Shown here: in pieces, positions 11,345 through 20,595 of the stretch
How positions within the stretch are numbered: the stretch's first letter is position 1
Layout of the letters: each line of letters opens with the position of its first letter
DNA from: Candidatus Spongiisociaceae bacterium
Lineage (GTDB): Bacteria > Actinomycetota > Acidimicrobiia > Spongiisociales > Spongiisociaceae
Direction of reading: 5' to 3'
NCBI GenBank assembly: GCA_965262915.1
Contig: OZ253564.1
Location: forward strand, 256,001-320,000
DNA: 64,000 nt
Made by a program: the position numbers and the translations under genes
Notes under the pieces: model-generated
What the model saw: the letters and a program-made list of their open reading frames with translations, nothing else
The model's database searches: none
What the model was told of the DNA's origin: nothing

Positions 11345-11896
11345 ATGCCAACGCACCTACCTACTCGGCCTGACCTCGACGCGATGTTTCGTCATGACCT
11401 CGGCGCCTCATCCGTGATCGACAGCGAGCCTCGCGAGAAGCCACTTCTGGCGACGATGACCGGCTTGCTCGGTCTGATGATCCAGGCCTACCTCTGGCAC
11501 GCTACGGCTCCGACCGAACGTGAAGTGGGAGTGCACAAGATTCAGATCACACTGCCAGGCTTGCCACGCGGCGCTAGGATCCACATCCCTTATGAGCCTG
11601 GTCGACTGGTCTTGTTCTGCGGGTTCGCGGCGCAGTTCGACACATGGATCCTGTGGGACGCTGAGCTATTCATGGTATATGAGGGAATCTCCTACTCGCG
11701 CAATCTCGGCGTGTCCGTCGAGGCACTGACAGAGGCTGTTGCGAGCGGTGTCTCGGTATCCACGAAGAACGTACGCCGGACCATAATCGGACCTGTACAG
11801 GCGAGCATCGTCGCCTGTCGCAGGTCTTTTCTGGTACAAGCCATCGAAACACGATTCCGGCTCGGCATCCAGAGGTCACTCACGGGAGATGACTGA
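11345..11896 (+). CDS. Hypothetical protein, possibly methylase-associated X1 (MTaX1)-like; first gene of the helicase/ATPase operon
   Basis: Start moved to ATG 11345 because the ORF-track N-terminus is ISL3-derived; KIQI...GF...WILWDA...YSRN pattern; stop overlaps helicase start. Confidence 0.5.
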   Translation: MPTHLPTRPDLDAMFRHDLGASSVIDSEPREKPLLATMTGLLGLMIQAYLWHATAPTEREVGVHKIQITLPGLPRGARIHIPYEPGRLVLFCGFAAQFDTWILWDAELFMVYEGISYSRNLGVSVEALTEAVASGVSVSTKNVRRTIIGPVQASIVACRRSFLVQAIETRFRLGIQRSLTGDD

Positions 11897-14012
11897 AATG
11901 GGTTTTCGGGATTGGGAACCCACGGCCGAGTACTTCACCGATAGCCAGGATGTGGCAACTGGTTTCTATCGGCCTTGCATGCGGGACGCGGTTCGCTATG
12001 ACCGTATTACGGGCTACTTCAGTAGTGCTATATATCTCATCGTATGGGCGGAGATCGTTGGCTTTGCTGTTCGCGGTGGCCAGATCCGGGTCATCTGCTC
12101 CCCTCTGCTCAGTACTTTTGACGCGAAATCTATCGCGGACGCCTACCGGGCTTTGACTAACGACGAGCTCGCCAAGAGCCTCTTGTCGGAGTACCACAGC
12201 CTCCTTCAACACCCCTACCTTGCCGAACCTGCCAAGGTGCTCGCGGGACTGATTGTCGACGGCGTAGTCGATATCCGTATCGCACAGGTGTCTCCACATG
12301 CGAAGGCATCGTCAAGGGCGATGTTCCACGACAAGACTGGACTGTTCTTCGACGAAAACGAGGATGGAATCGGATTCCGTGGTGGGATCAACGAGACGTA
12401 TCTCGGTTTCGCAGTAGGGGGGAATGTCGACTCGATCACTGTGTGGACCTCCTGGGCAGGTGGCCGAGAGGCCGACCTCATCTCGTCGAACACCGAGAGG
12501 TTCGGAAGACTGTGGCGAGGTGAGGCACGGGGCGTGGACGTCCGTAAGGTTCCCGACATCGCTTTGGAGGAGTTCAGCCGCACCGCTTCCGAGAGCGACT
12601 CGTGGCAGATCAAGGCGGAAGCGCTCGCAGCTCAGGAGCACATAGCTCACCAACCCGCGCCAGTGGCACGATTCACCCTACGGCCGCACCAGCAGAAGGC
12701 AATTGAGGCGTGGGAGACGGCCGGTCGAGTCGGCCTTCTCAAACACGCCACCGCAAGCGGGAAGACCTTCACGGCGATCGCGGCCATCCGGCGCGAGCTA
12801 CGTGACGGATGGCGTCCCGTTGTTCTTGTCCCGAGTGTCGTTCTGCTCGATCAATGGACAAGCGAGCTTCGTGAGCATCTGAGTGATCTACGTGTTCGCG
12901 TACACCCTTGCGGCGCCGGTCACAGCGACTGGAGAAGTCTACTGGGGGCCTGGCTGGGACCAACTGAAGAGAACCGAGTCGTTGTTAGCACTGTCGCGAC
13001 AGCGGCCTCGCCAAAGTTCCTTGGTCACCTCAGAAGGGCGTCCGACCGCTTGTTCCTCGTTGCCGACGAAGCTCACCGGCTAGGTGCACCGCAGGCAATG
13101 CAGCTGCTCAAGGTTGCGGCAGTAGCTCGGCTGGGTCTAAGTGCGACGCCAGAACGAGCTGGCGACCCGCACGGCACCCGCGCATTGCTTGAGTACTTTG
13201 GTGGGATAGTCGATACTTTCACGCTACAAGACGCGTTGAACGCCGACCCTCCGATCCTGACTCAGTACGCGTACGAGCCCTGGGTCGTTCGGCTCTCGGA
13301 TGACGAACAGGATGAGTGGGATGAACTCTCGAGGCGGATTTCACGTCTGATCGCGCGATGCGCGGGACCTGATGAGTTGTCGCACCAAGCGCTGCAGCAG
13401 CCGCAGGTGAAACGACTGCTGATACGGCGAGCACGGGTGATCAAAAAGGCGAGGGCTAAGATACCTCTTGCTCGATCCGTGGTCGGGGAACATTACCGTG
13501 AGGGCCAACGCTGGTTGGTCTACTGCGAGGATCAGGACCAGCTTCGCGACGTAGTCGCCGAACTACTCGACGCCAATCTTCCAGTTACTGAGTACCATTC
13601 CGCCATGAGCGGGGACCGCGCAGCTACCTTGGGCAACTTCGCCACCAACGGTGGCGTGGTCGTTTCGATCCGTTGCCTCGACGAGGGTGTTGACATACCT
13701 GTAGCGACCCACGCGTTGATTCTCGCATCATCCCGCAACCCGCGCGAGTTCATCCAGAGAAGGGGTCGGGTTCTGCGCAGAGCAGAGGGCAAGGCGTACG
13801 CTCAGATATACGACACGATCGTCGTGCCTACACCCCCGTTAGAGCCCAGCGGCCGATCTATGATTCTTGGCGAACTCGCTCGGGCCGCCGAGTTCGCAAA
13901 CAGCGCCTTTACCAGGGCGGGCCTCGGCGAGTTGGACCACGCGTTCGTCGAGGCTGGCGGTAACCTCGCCGATCCAGACGTCTCTGGAGGATTCGAGTCC
14001 GACGATGACTAG
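11889..14012 (+). CDS. PLD(HKD)-like nuclease domain fused to SF2 DEAH helicase
   Basis: YDRITGYFSS, MFHDKTGLFFD...FRGGINET; ATASGKT, DEAH, LSATP, LDEGVDIP, QRRGRVLR. Confidence 0.85.
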   Translation: MTEMGFRDWEPTAEYFTDSQDVATGFYRPCMRDAVRYDRITGYFSSAIYLIVWAEIVGFAVRGGQIRVICSPLLSTFDAKSIADAYRALTNDELAKSLLSEYHSLLQHPYLAEPAKVLAGLIVDGVVDIRIAQVSPHAKASSRAMFHDKTGLFFDENEDGIGFRGGINETYLGFAVGGNVDSITVWTSWAGGREADLISSNTERFGRLWRGEARGVDVRKVPDIALEEFSRTASESDSWQIKAEALAAQEHIAHQPAPVARFTLRPHQQKAIEAWETAGRVGLLKHATASGKTFTAIAAIRRELRDGWRPVVLVPSVVLLDQWTSELREHLSDLRVRVHPCGAGHSDWRSLLGAWLGPTEENRVVVSTVATAASPKFLGHLRRASDRLFLVADEAHRLGAPQAMQLLKVAAVARLGLSATPERAGDPHGTRALLEYFGGIVDTFTLQDALNADPPILTQYAYEPWVVRLSDDEQDEWDELSRRISRLIARCAGPDELSHQALQQPQVKRLLIRRARVIKKARAKIPLARSVVGEHYREGQRWLVYCEDQDQLRDVVAELLDANLPVTEYHSAMSGDRAATLGNFATNGGVVVSIRCLDEGVDIPVATHALILASSRNPREFIQRRGRVLRRAEGKAYAQIYDTIVVPTPPLEPSGRSMILGELARAAEFANSAFTRAGLGELDHAFVEAGGNLADPDVSGGFESDDD

Positions 14013-14041
14013 CCCTGACACAGATGACTAGCCCTGACACA
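14004..14041 (+). repeat. Perfect 19-bp tandem duplication GATGACTAGCCCTGACACA x2
   Basis: Read directly: 14004-14022 and 14023-14041, spanning the helicase stop codon. Confidence 0.95.
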
Positions 14042-14087
14042 TCGGTAGGCCACATACAACGCCAAATGCTACTCTGGCACGGAGGAT

Positions 14088-14273
14088 TTGATGCACGAAC
14101 AGTTGCAGGACACCGTTGAAGCTCTCCGGGCCGCTGAGTACCCTGAGTTGGATGCTGGACTCGTTGCGGAGATCTTGACGATCGAGCGAGCGCACCTCGA
14201 TCGGCGTTCGAGAGTCCTCGTCCGACTCGAGCAGGCTATCGACGCTTTTCTTCACAAAGCCGAGGCACAGTGA
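14088..14273 (+). CDS. Small helical protein of the ATPase operon
   Basis: GGAGG RBS; GTGA overlap with the ATPase start. Confidence 0.7.
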   Translation: MMHEQLQDTVEALRAAEYPELDAGLVAEILTIERAHLDRRSRVLVRLEQAIDAFLHKAEAQ

Positions 14274-16201
14274 GACTCCACCGGCTCGGATACTCGAACT
14301 TTGGGCCGTTCAAGGGCGACCAAGCCATCGAATTGCCTGACCAAGACGGAGTCGTAGTGATCTACGGAGACAACAACCTTGGAAAGACTACGATCCTCAA
14401 TTCCGTTCGGTGGCTCTTCGTCAACAAGTTCATCGAGCGGACTGGCCAGACTCGGGACGACCGAGAGTTGGTGAATCGAGAGGCCATCGCGGAGGCTGGC
14501 GGAGAACCAGTCACCGCCAAGGTCTCGGCGACGGTCACCTGGAGAGGCGACAAATACACATTGACTCGGACCGCAACTCTTGAAGGCGACAAGCTCAAGC
14601 CTGGCCTTGACGTGATACGAGGCTCAGACGCTCTAGGTGCTGAGGAAGCGCTAGCGACTCTGCGGCAGATGATCCCCGAAGAAATACAGCAGTTCTTTCT
14701 CTTCGATGCCGAGGCCCTCAATCGGTATGAGGACCTCTTGCACGACTCGACTGCAGGCGCGGAACTGAAAAACGCGATCGAGCGGATACTCGGTGTACCG
14801 GTCCTGAAGAACGCCATTCAGGACCTCGGTTCGCTCACCGAGAAACACACTAAGGTCATCTCAAGACTGGAAACGCGGGACGCCAAGGCCAAAGCGGCCG
14901 CTAAGTCTCTCTCTCAACTGACTGGTATTCTTGGCAAATGTCGTGAGGACATCGCCAAAATCAAATCCCGCATCCATAAGCTTGAGAACACACGGAGTGA
15001 CATCGAGCAGCAGATGGCCGCCACTGAGAAAGCACGTGCTTTGCTGGATAACCACCGCCGCGCGGCCAGAGATCATAAGAGGGCGGAGGAAGAGTTCGAC
15101 GCTGCCCGCGAAAAGTTCAGGGAGGCGGCTCCACAGGCGTGGACCGCTGTGCTCACGCCAAAGCTTAGGACGATGTTGGACGAGCTAAACGCGGAGCGTG
15201 AGGAGATCGAGTTTGCGCAACGTGCTTTTGACCGAGCGCAGCTACTGATCCAACTTCGGACGGAGCTCAATGAAACGGGTCAGTGCCCATGCTGCGGCCA
15301 TCCAGCGCACCGTGCGGATGTAGAAGAGATCCACTCTGCTCACGATCAGAGCACCACCCTCGCAGTCATTAGGTCTCGCATCGAATCAATTGAGCGAATC
15401 CTTGATCCCGCTGCCGTCGTACGCTTGGACGAACGAAACAGGGTACTGCAGGCGGCGGCTATAAAGGTTAACGACCTCGCGTCTGACCTAGCCGACGCTG
15501 GGGAGCAGATCGAAGGGCTTGACGACCCGCGCCTCGCCGACCTTCCAACACAACTGATGAACACCAAGATGCAGCTAAACAATCGCCGGGCGGACCTCCG
15601 AGGTGCTGAAGCGTTGAAAAGCGAGGATACCGACAATGCCACCCGCTTGGCAGCAGTGATCGCAGAGCGCGGTGGAGAGGCCGGCGCGGCCGCAACGAAG
15701 AAACAGCATCTTCTCACAAGCCTTCAGCACATGTTCTCGGCCGCTATCGACAACTACCGCGAAGATCTCAAACAACGCGTAGAGCGGGAGGCGACAGACG
15801 TGTTCCTGTCGATGCGATCTGACCCGGACTTCGTCCGCCTCTCAATCAACGAGGACTACGGATTGTCGATTGTCCACAAGGACGGTGAATTCGAACCACA
15901 ACGCTCGGCAGGATACGAGCATATTGTCGCTCTCTCGCTCGTAGCCGCCCTCCAGAGGTGTGCTCCGGTACAAGGCCCGATCATTATGGACATGCCCTTC
16001 GCTCGACTCGACCCGAACCACAAGCTCGGTACCCTCAAGGCTCTTCCAACCGTCGCCCAGCAGGTGGTTGTTATCGTTCATGAAGGCGAGATCAATCACG
16101 GCGAAGCACAGAACACGTTGAAGTCGGCGCTGGTCTGCGAGAGACGGCTCACCCGTCGGTCTGCCCGGCACACCGACATACTCGAGTTAGGATCTCCCTG
16201 A
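14270..16201 (+). CDS. SMC/Rad50-like ABC ATPase, DndD-related, with Cys zinc hook
   Basis: GDNNLGKTT, FFLFDAE, coiled coil with CPCCGH, SAGYE signature, IIMDMPFARLD Walker B/D-loop. Confidence 0.88.
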   Translation: MRLHRLGYSNFGPFKGDQAIELPDQDGVVVIYGDNNLGKTTILNSVRWLFVNKFIERTGQTRDDRELVNREAIAEAGGEPVTAKVSATVTWRGDKYTLTRTATLEGDKLKPGLDVIRGSDALGAEEALATLRQMIPEEIQQFFLFDAEALNRYEDLLHDSTAGAELKNAIERILGVPVLKNAIQDLGSLTEKHTKVISRLETRDAKAKAAAKSLSQLTGILGKCREDIAKIKSRIHKLENTRSDIEQQMAATEKARALLDNHRRAARDHKRAEEEFDAAREKFREAAPQAWTAVLTPKLRTMLDELNAEREEIEFAQRAFDRAQLLIQLRTELNETGQCPCCGHPAHRADVEEIHSAHDQSTTLAVIRSRIESIERILDPAAVVRLDERNRVLQAAAIKVNDLASDLADAGEQIEGLDDPRLADLPTQLMNTKMQLNNRRADLRGAEALKSEDTDNATRLAAVIAERGGEAGAAATKKQHLLTSLQHMFSAAIDNYREDLKQRVEREATDVFLSMRSDPDFVRLSINEDYGLSIVHKDGEFEPQRSAGYEHIVALSLVAALQRCAPVQGPIIMDMPFARLDPNHKLGTLKALPTVAQQVVVIVHEGEINHGEAQNTLKSALVCERRLTRRSARHTDILELGSP

Positions 16202-16202
16202 G

Positions 16203-16580
16203 ATGGAGAAGACAACCGTAGCATTGACCCCCGATGGCACTGAGGCCTCCCGGCAAATGGACAGCTTCAACATGCCTGAGAAAGCAGACCTCGTGAGATT
16301 GGGGTTTGCCTACGCGGTCACCCGCGGATTCGATCTTGATCGTCCAGACAACTTTGGTGTACCGGGCGGCAAGGACAACTACACCGCCAACACAGGGACT
16401 CTCGATCCTGATCGGAAGATCGAAGGGCTAGTTGTAGCTGTCTATGGTGAACGCGACGAACCATACTTGGCTGTCGAAACCCTCGCCAACAAGGGGCTTC
16501 TGGCCATCGCCGAGGCACTAGATTCCGGTGAAATTGGCACCATCTCGGATCTCCTCCCAGAAAGTGATCCACTCCCGTAG
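16203..16580 (+). CDS. Small DndE-like protein
   Basis: 125 aa directly after the DndD-like ATPase; DLVRLGFAYAV, GTLDPD, LANKGL pattern. Confidence 0.5.
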   Translation: MEKTTVALTPDGTEASRQMDSFNMPEKADLVRLGFAYAVTRGFDLDRPDNFGVPGGKDNYTANTGTLDPDRKIEGLVVAVYGERDEPYLAVETLANKGLLAIAEALDSGEIGTISDLLPESDPLP

Positions 16581-16663
16581 TTCGACGGTGCCCATGAGTG
16601 CCTTTCCATAGACCTTCTCAGCGTCGCAAGGTTCGGCGCTCACAGTGCCCTCAAGAAAATCGA

Positions 16664-16925
16664 GGCTGCGCGCAAACGTGGGTTTTGGCTGTGCTGGTCG
16701 GTGTGTGGGTCATGATGTTACGAGGATTGCTCGGGCTGCAAAGTTATCGGGGTTGGTGAACCCGTGAGCGACGCGTCGTAGGACTCGGGTGGAGGTTGTT
16801 GATCCCTTCGATGGGTCCGTTGGATGCTCGCCTGTTGCCGTGGTAGGCCAGGATTTCTTCTCCCCAGGCGATGATGGTGTCCACAATGTTGTGGTATTCG
16901 CGGTGTCTGTCCGGTGGCGAAGAGC
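16664..16925 (-). pseudogene. Remnant of a different ISL3 (3' end)
   Basis: EYHNIVDTIIAWGEEILAYH...SNGPIEGINNL; terminal GGCTG end at 16664. Confidence 0.7.
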
Positions 16926-17071
16926 CGCTAAAGGGCCTCAACCTCAAAGCGGCTCTTCGGAAATGAGTGGGGAGTAGGGGATCTGCCAGGGGGAGTTGGA
17001 ATCCACCAGAAGTGAGGAGGGGTCCTCCATAATCGGGTGTTGGTAATGACATCCGAGGCAGGAGGACCCCT

Positions 17072-18370
17072 GTGGAAGCTGATCCTACGCGCATGTGCGA
17101 GAAGTTGGTAGGCCTAGGTGAGGTTGATCTGGTAGGGATCAACGACCCGGGCGAGGAGGCACCGTTGGAGGTGGTGATCCGGTCCCGCAAGCCCCGGCCG
17201 TTGTGTGAGTCCTGTGGCGGGTCGGTGTGGTCGAAGGGCTATCGGAGCGTGGTGTTGGTGGATTTACCGGCGTTCGGCCGGCCTGTGCGGCTGCGGTGGC
17301 GGAAACGGCGCTGGACATGTCCGAACCCGGACTGTGCGCTCAGATCGTTCATCGAACAAGACCCCAAGATTGGTCCCCAACGGGCGTTGTTGACATCCCG
17401 AGCGGCCCGGTGGGTGACCATCCAGGTGGGTGGGCGGGGCCGTTCGGTCGACGAGGTCGCCGCAGAACTTGGTTGTGATTGGCATACGGTGAACAAAGAG
17501 GTTGGCTGCTGGGGCGAAGCGCTGCTGGAAGCAGACACCGATCGGGTCGGGACCGTCGAAGCTGTGGGAGTGGACGAGACGTTGTTCTGGCGTCGGGGCC
17601 GTTGGCGTACCAAAGTCTGGTGCACCTCTGTCGTCGACGTTGGCGGCCACCAGCTGATCGACATAGTCCCTGGTAGAACAGCAGAAAGCGCCGCAGCCTG
17701 GTTCCGGTCACAACCCACCGAATGGTGTGAGGCTATCCGCTGGGCGGTGTTGGACATGTCCGGTTCGTATCGGAAGGCGTATGACAGGGTGCTACCGCAC
17801 GCGCTGCAGGTAGCGGACCCGTTCCACGTCATACGCCTCGCCAACCAGCGACTCGACGAGGTACGACGAAGAGTCCAAAACGAAACCCTCGGGCATCGAG
17901 GCCGCAAGGACGACCCGCTGTATCGGATACGCCGCCTCCTAACCGCCGCGCATGAGAGGATCAGCGACCGCGGTCAAACACGGCTGCGTGGTCTCCTCGA
18001 TGCTGGTGACCCCTACGGGGAAGTGCGCACAGCCTGGCACGCGAAAGAGACGGTACGAGGCATCTACGGGATCGAGAGTCCGGTCCTTGCTCTCCGATAC
18101 ACCCTCCAGCTCGCAGACGACCTCCAACACGAATCCTGCCCACCCGAGATCAACAAGCTAGGTCGCACCATCGCCCGCTGGACCCCCCAGATCACCAACT
18201 GGCACATCTCGAAGGTAACCAACGGACCCACCGAAGCCCTCAACAACCTCATCAAACGGATCAAACGAGCAGCGTTCGGGTTCCGCAACTTCGCGAACTA
18301 CCGAATCCGGGCCCTTCTCTACGCGGGGAAACCCAACTGGGACCTACTCCCATCGGTCACTCCCCACTGA
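17072..18370 (+). CDS. ISL3-family transposase
   Basis: Zn-finger Cys pairs, GVDET, LDMS, DPFHV, TNGPTEALNN, GFRN. Confidence 0.95.
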   Translation: MEADPTRMCEKLVGLGEVDLVGINDPGEEAPLEVVIRSRKPRPLCESCGGSVWSKGYRSVVLVDLPAFGRPVRLRWRKRRWTCPNPDCALRSFIEQDPKIGPQRALLTSRAARWVTIQVGGRGRSVDEVAAELGCDWHTVNKEVGCWGEALLEADTDRVGTVEAVGVDETLFWRRGRWRTKVWCTSVVDVGGHQLIDIVPGRTAESAAAWFRSQPTEWCEAIRWAVLDMSGSYRKAYDRVLPHALQVADPFHVIRLANQRLDEVRRRVQNETLGHRGRKDDPLYRIRRLLTAAHERISDRGQTRLRGLLDAGDPYGEVRTAWHAKETVRGIYGIESPVLALRYTLQLADDLQHESCPPEINKLGRTIARWTPQITNWHISKVTNGPTEALNNLIKRIKRAAFGFRNFANYRIRALLYAGKPNWDLLPSVTPH

Positions 18371-18389
18371 AATCCACTCATACTTAGAA

Positions 18390-18565
18390 GGTTCCTGGGC
18401 TGGGACGGGTCTGACCCAACTGAAATCTGGCTTTGTGCCTTTTCATCGATCTGTCGGCCTGTTCCCAGCTTGGGGGTGTAACCCCCTGGGCCGGGGCGGA
18501 TGTGACCTTATAGGAGCTTTGATCTTCCTCCACCGTGAGTGGCCTGTCCACCGCTTGCCGGGTCC
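18390..18565 (+). ncRNA. Predicted bridge RNA of IS110 A1
   Basis: Target loop ACTGAAATC (18419-18427) and TCATCGAT (18443-18450); donor loop ATAGGAGC (18510-18517) and TGAGTGG (18536-18542) match the flanks and own ends; RNA ends approximate. Confidence 0.8.
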
Positions 18566-18607
18566 GGGGATCGGAAATGATTCTATCCCGCAGAGGAGGA
18601 AGGTGTC

Positions 18608-19837
18608 ATGGGAGAAGATGGTCGGGTTGTGTTCGGTGGGGTTGACACCCATCGTGATACCCATGTTGCGGCGGTGGTTGATGGCGCCGGTCGGGTCCTG
18701 GGAACGGCACCGTTCGGGGCTGATCCGGTCGGATATGAGCAGATGACCAGGTGGTCCGGAACCCACGGGCACCTGCTCCGGGTAGGAGTGGAGGGCACCG
18801 GCAGCTACGGCGCCGGCCTAGCCCGCTATCTGATGGCGGCGGGCATCGAGGTGGTAGAAGTGAACCGGCCGAACCGGCAGCTACGCCGCCAGCGGGGCGG
18901 CAAGACCGACAGTGTCGACGCCGAGGCGGCAGCTCGGGCAGCGGCCTCGGGGCAAGCTACCGCAGTTCCCAAATCTGGTGACGGACCGGTTGAGTGCATA
19001 CGGATGTTGTTGATGGCCCGCCGCTCGGCTACCAAGGCCCGCACCCAGGCCGCTAACCAGATACATTCTGTGACCGTTACCGCACCTGAGCCGCTAAAAC
19101 GCCAGCTCAGAGGTCTCAAGCTCAAGGCTCGGGTTCGGGTCTGTGCCCGCTGGCGTCCCGGTGAAGCACAGACCACAGCCGCGTACGCGAAGATGGCTCT
19201 ACGCTACCTGGCCCGCCGATACCAATCCCTCGACACAGAAATCGCAGAACTCAAGATCGAGATCCGTCGCCTCTGCGCCGAGGCTAACCCGGCTCTGTTA
19301 GCCGCCACCGGTGTGGGCCCTGACAGCGCTGCTGCGCTGCTAGTCGCTGCCGGCGACAACCCCGGGCGGATGAAATCGGAACGGTCCTTCGCTGCGCTCT
19401 GCGGCGCCAGCCCCGTCCAGGCATCATCGGGACAGACCATCCGGCACCGTCTCAACCGGGGCGGCAACCGCCAAGCCAACAGCGCACTCTGGCGGATCGC
19501 TACCACCCGGATACGCCACGACGCTGCCACCAAAGAATACGTGGCACGGCGCCAAGGGGAAGGAAAGAACCGAAAAGAGATCATCCGCTGCCTCAAGCGG
19601 CACATCGCCCGAGAGGTCTACCGCCTCTTGACCAACCCGCCACCAACCCCGAACTGCGCCCGGCTCCGCCGCCGACGTCAACACGCCAACATCACCGTCA
19701 CCCAGGCCGCCCAACAGCTCGGAACCCACCCCAGCCGCATCTCCGCACTCGAACGCGGCCGAGACCACAACCACCAACTCGCCAGCCGATACCAGACCTG
19801 GCTCCTAACCCACCAACCGGCCCCATCACCGACTTGA
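18608..19837 (+). CDS. IS110 DEDD recombinase with C-terminal XRE-like HTH
   Basis: GVDTH, GVEGTG, KTDSVDA, SSG, RLNRGGNRQAN; tail ITVTQAAQQLGTHPSRISALERG. Confidence 0.93.
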   Translation: MGEDGRVVFGGVDTHRDTHVAAVVDGAGRVLGTAPFGADPVGYEQMTRWSGTHGHLLRVGVEGTGSYGAGLARYLMAAGIEVVEVNRPNRQLRRQRGGKTDSVDAEAAARAAASGQATAVPKSGDGPVECIRMLLMARRSATKARTQAANQIHSVTVTAPEPLKRQLRGLKLKARVRVCARWRPGEAQTTAAYAKMALRYLARRYQSLDTEIAELKIEIRRLCAEANPALLAATGVGPDSAAALLVAAGDNPGRMKSERSFAALCGASPVQASSGQTIRHRLNRGGNRQANSALWRIATTRIRHDAATKEYVARRQGEGKNRKEIIRCLKRHIAREVYRLLTNPPPTPNCARLRRRRQHANITVTQAAQQLGTHPSRISALERGRDHNHQLASRYQTWLLTHQPAPSPT

Positions 19838-19861
19838 CAACCATAGGAGCATCGATGAGCC

Positions 19862-20595
19862 CTCAAAGCTCGGGTCAAGATCTGCGCGCGGTTCCGACCC
19901 GGCACAGACCACACCACCACCGCCCACGCGAAGGGTGCTCTGCGGCACCTGGTCCGCAGATACCAGACGCTCACTGCTGAGATCACCGAACTCGACACAC
20001 AGATCACAGATCTCTGCGCGAAAGCGAACCCGGCGCTTTTGGCAGCTCGCGGGGTCGGCCCTGACACAGCAGCGGCTCTCCTCGTGGCGGCAGGCGACAA
20101 CCCCCAGCGCATGAACTCAGCCACAGCCTTCGCTGCCCTAATGTGGTTCCAGCCCCGTCCCCGCATCATCGGGGAGAACAGTCCGGCATCGTCTCAACCG
20201 GGGAGGCAACCGCAAAACCAACAACGCTCTGTGGCCGATGCGCTACCACCCGGATACACAACGACGCCCGCACCCAAGCCTATGTAGCCAAACGAGAAGC
20301 GAAGGCAAGAACCGTAAAGAGATCATCCGCTGCCTCAAGTGGCACATCGCCCGAGAAGTCTACCGGCTGCTGCCCAACCCGCCCCCAACCCCGAACTGCG
20401 CCCGCCTACACGCCCGCCGCCGGGCAAGCCAACATCACTATCACCCAGGCCGCCCAACACCTCGGAACCCGCCCGGCCCGTATCTCAGAACTCGAACTCG
20501 GACGCAACCACAACCACCAGCTAGCAACCCAATACCAGAACTGGCTCCGCACCCGCCAACCGGCCCCGTCCCCGATTTGACAACCATAGGAGCAT
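19862..20595 (+). pseudogene. Degenerate IS110 clade A copy A3 (3' half, frameshifted), interrupted by the ISL3 at 16951
   Basis: Coding sequence continues from 16927-16950 (LKGLNLKA/RVKICAR); right end TTGACAACCATAGGAGCAT again followed by CGATGAGCC (20596-20604). Confidence 0.85.

Larger units (their letters stand above)
18375..19852 (+). mobile_element. IS110 clade A, copy A1 (intact)
   Basis: Left end CACTCATACT, right end TTGACAACCATAGGAGCAT; removing it restores the ISL3 IRR seen intact at 56774-56790. Confidence 0.93.
16951..19861 (+). mobile_element. ISL3 element whose right IR is interrupted by IS110 copy A1; 8-bp TSD CTCAAAGC
   Basis: IRL GGCTCTTCGGAAAT at 16951; IRR split as CTGAAATC (to 18374) + CGATGAGCC (19853-19861); CTCAAAGC at 16943-16950 and 19862-19869. 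Confidence 0.93.

Noticed and set aside
14004-14041. Possible CRISPR or att repeat
   Set aside because: Only two abutting copies with no spacer; simple slippage duplication. No CRISPR array or cas gene was seen in the window.
11889-16580. Canonical Dnd phosphorothioation, Wadjet or Lamassu call
   Set aside because: No DndC/DndA, no JetABD-like partners, and the gene set and order do not fit Lamassu.
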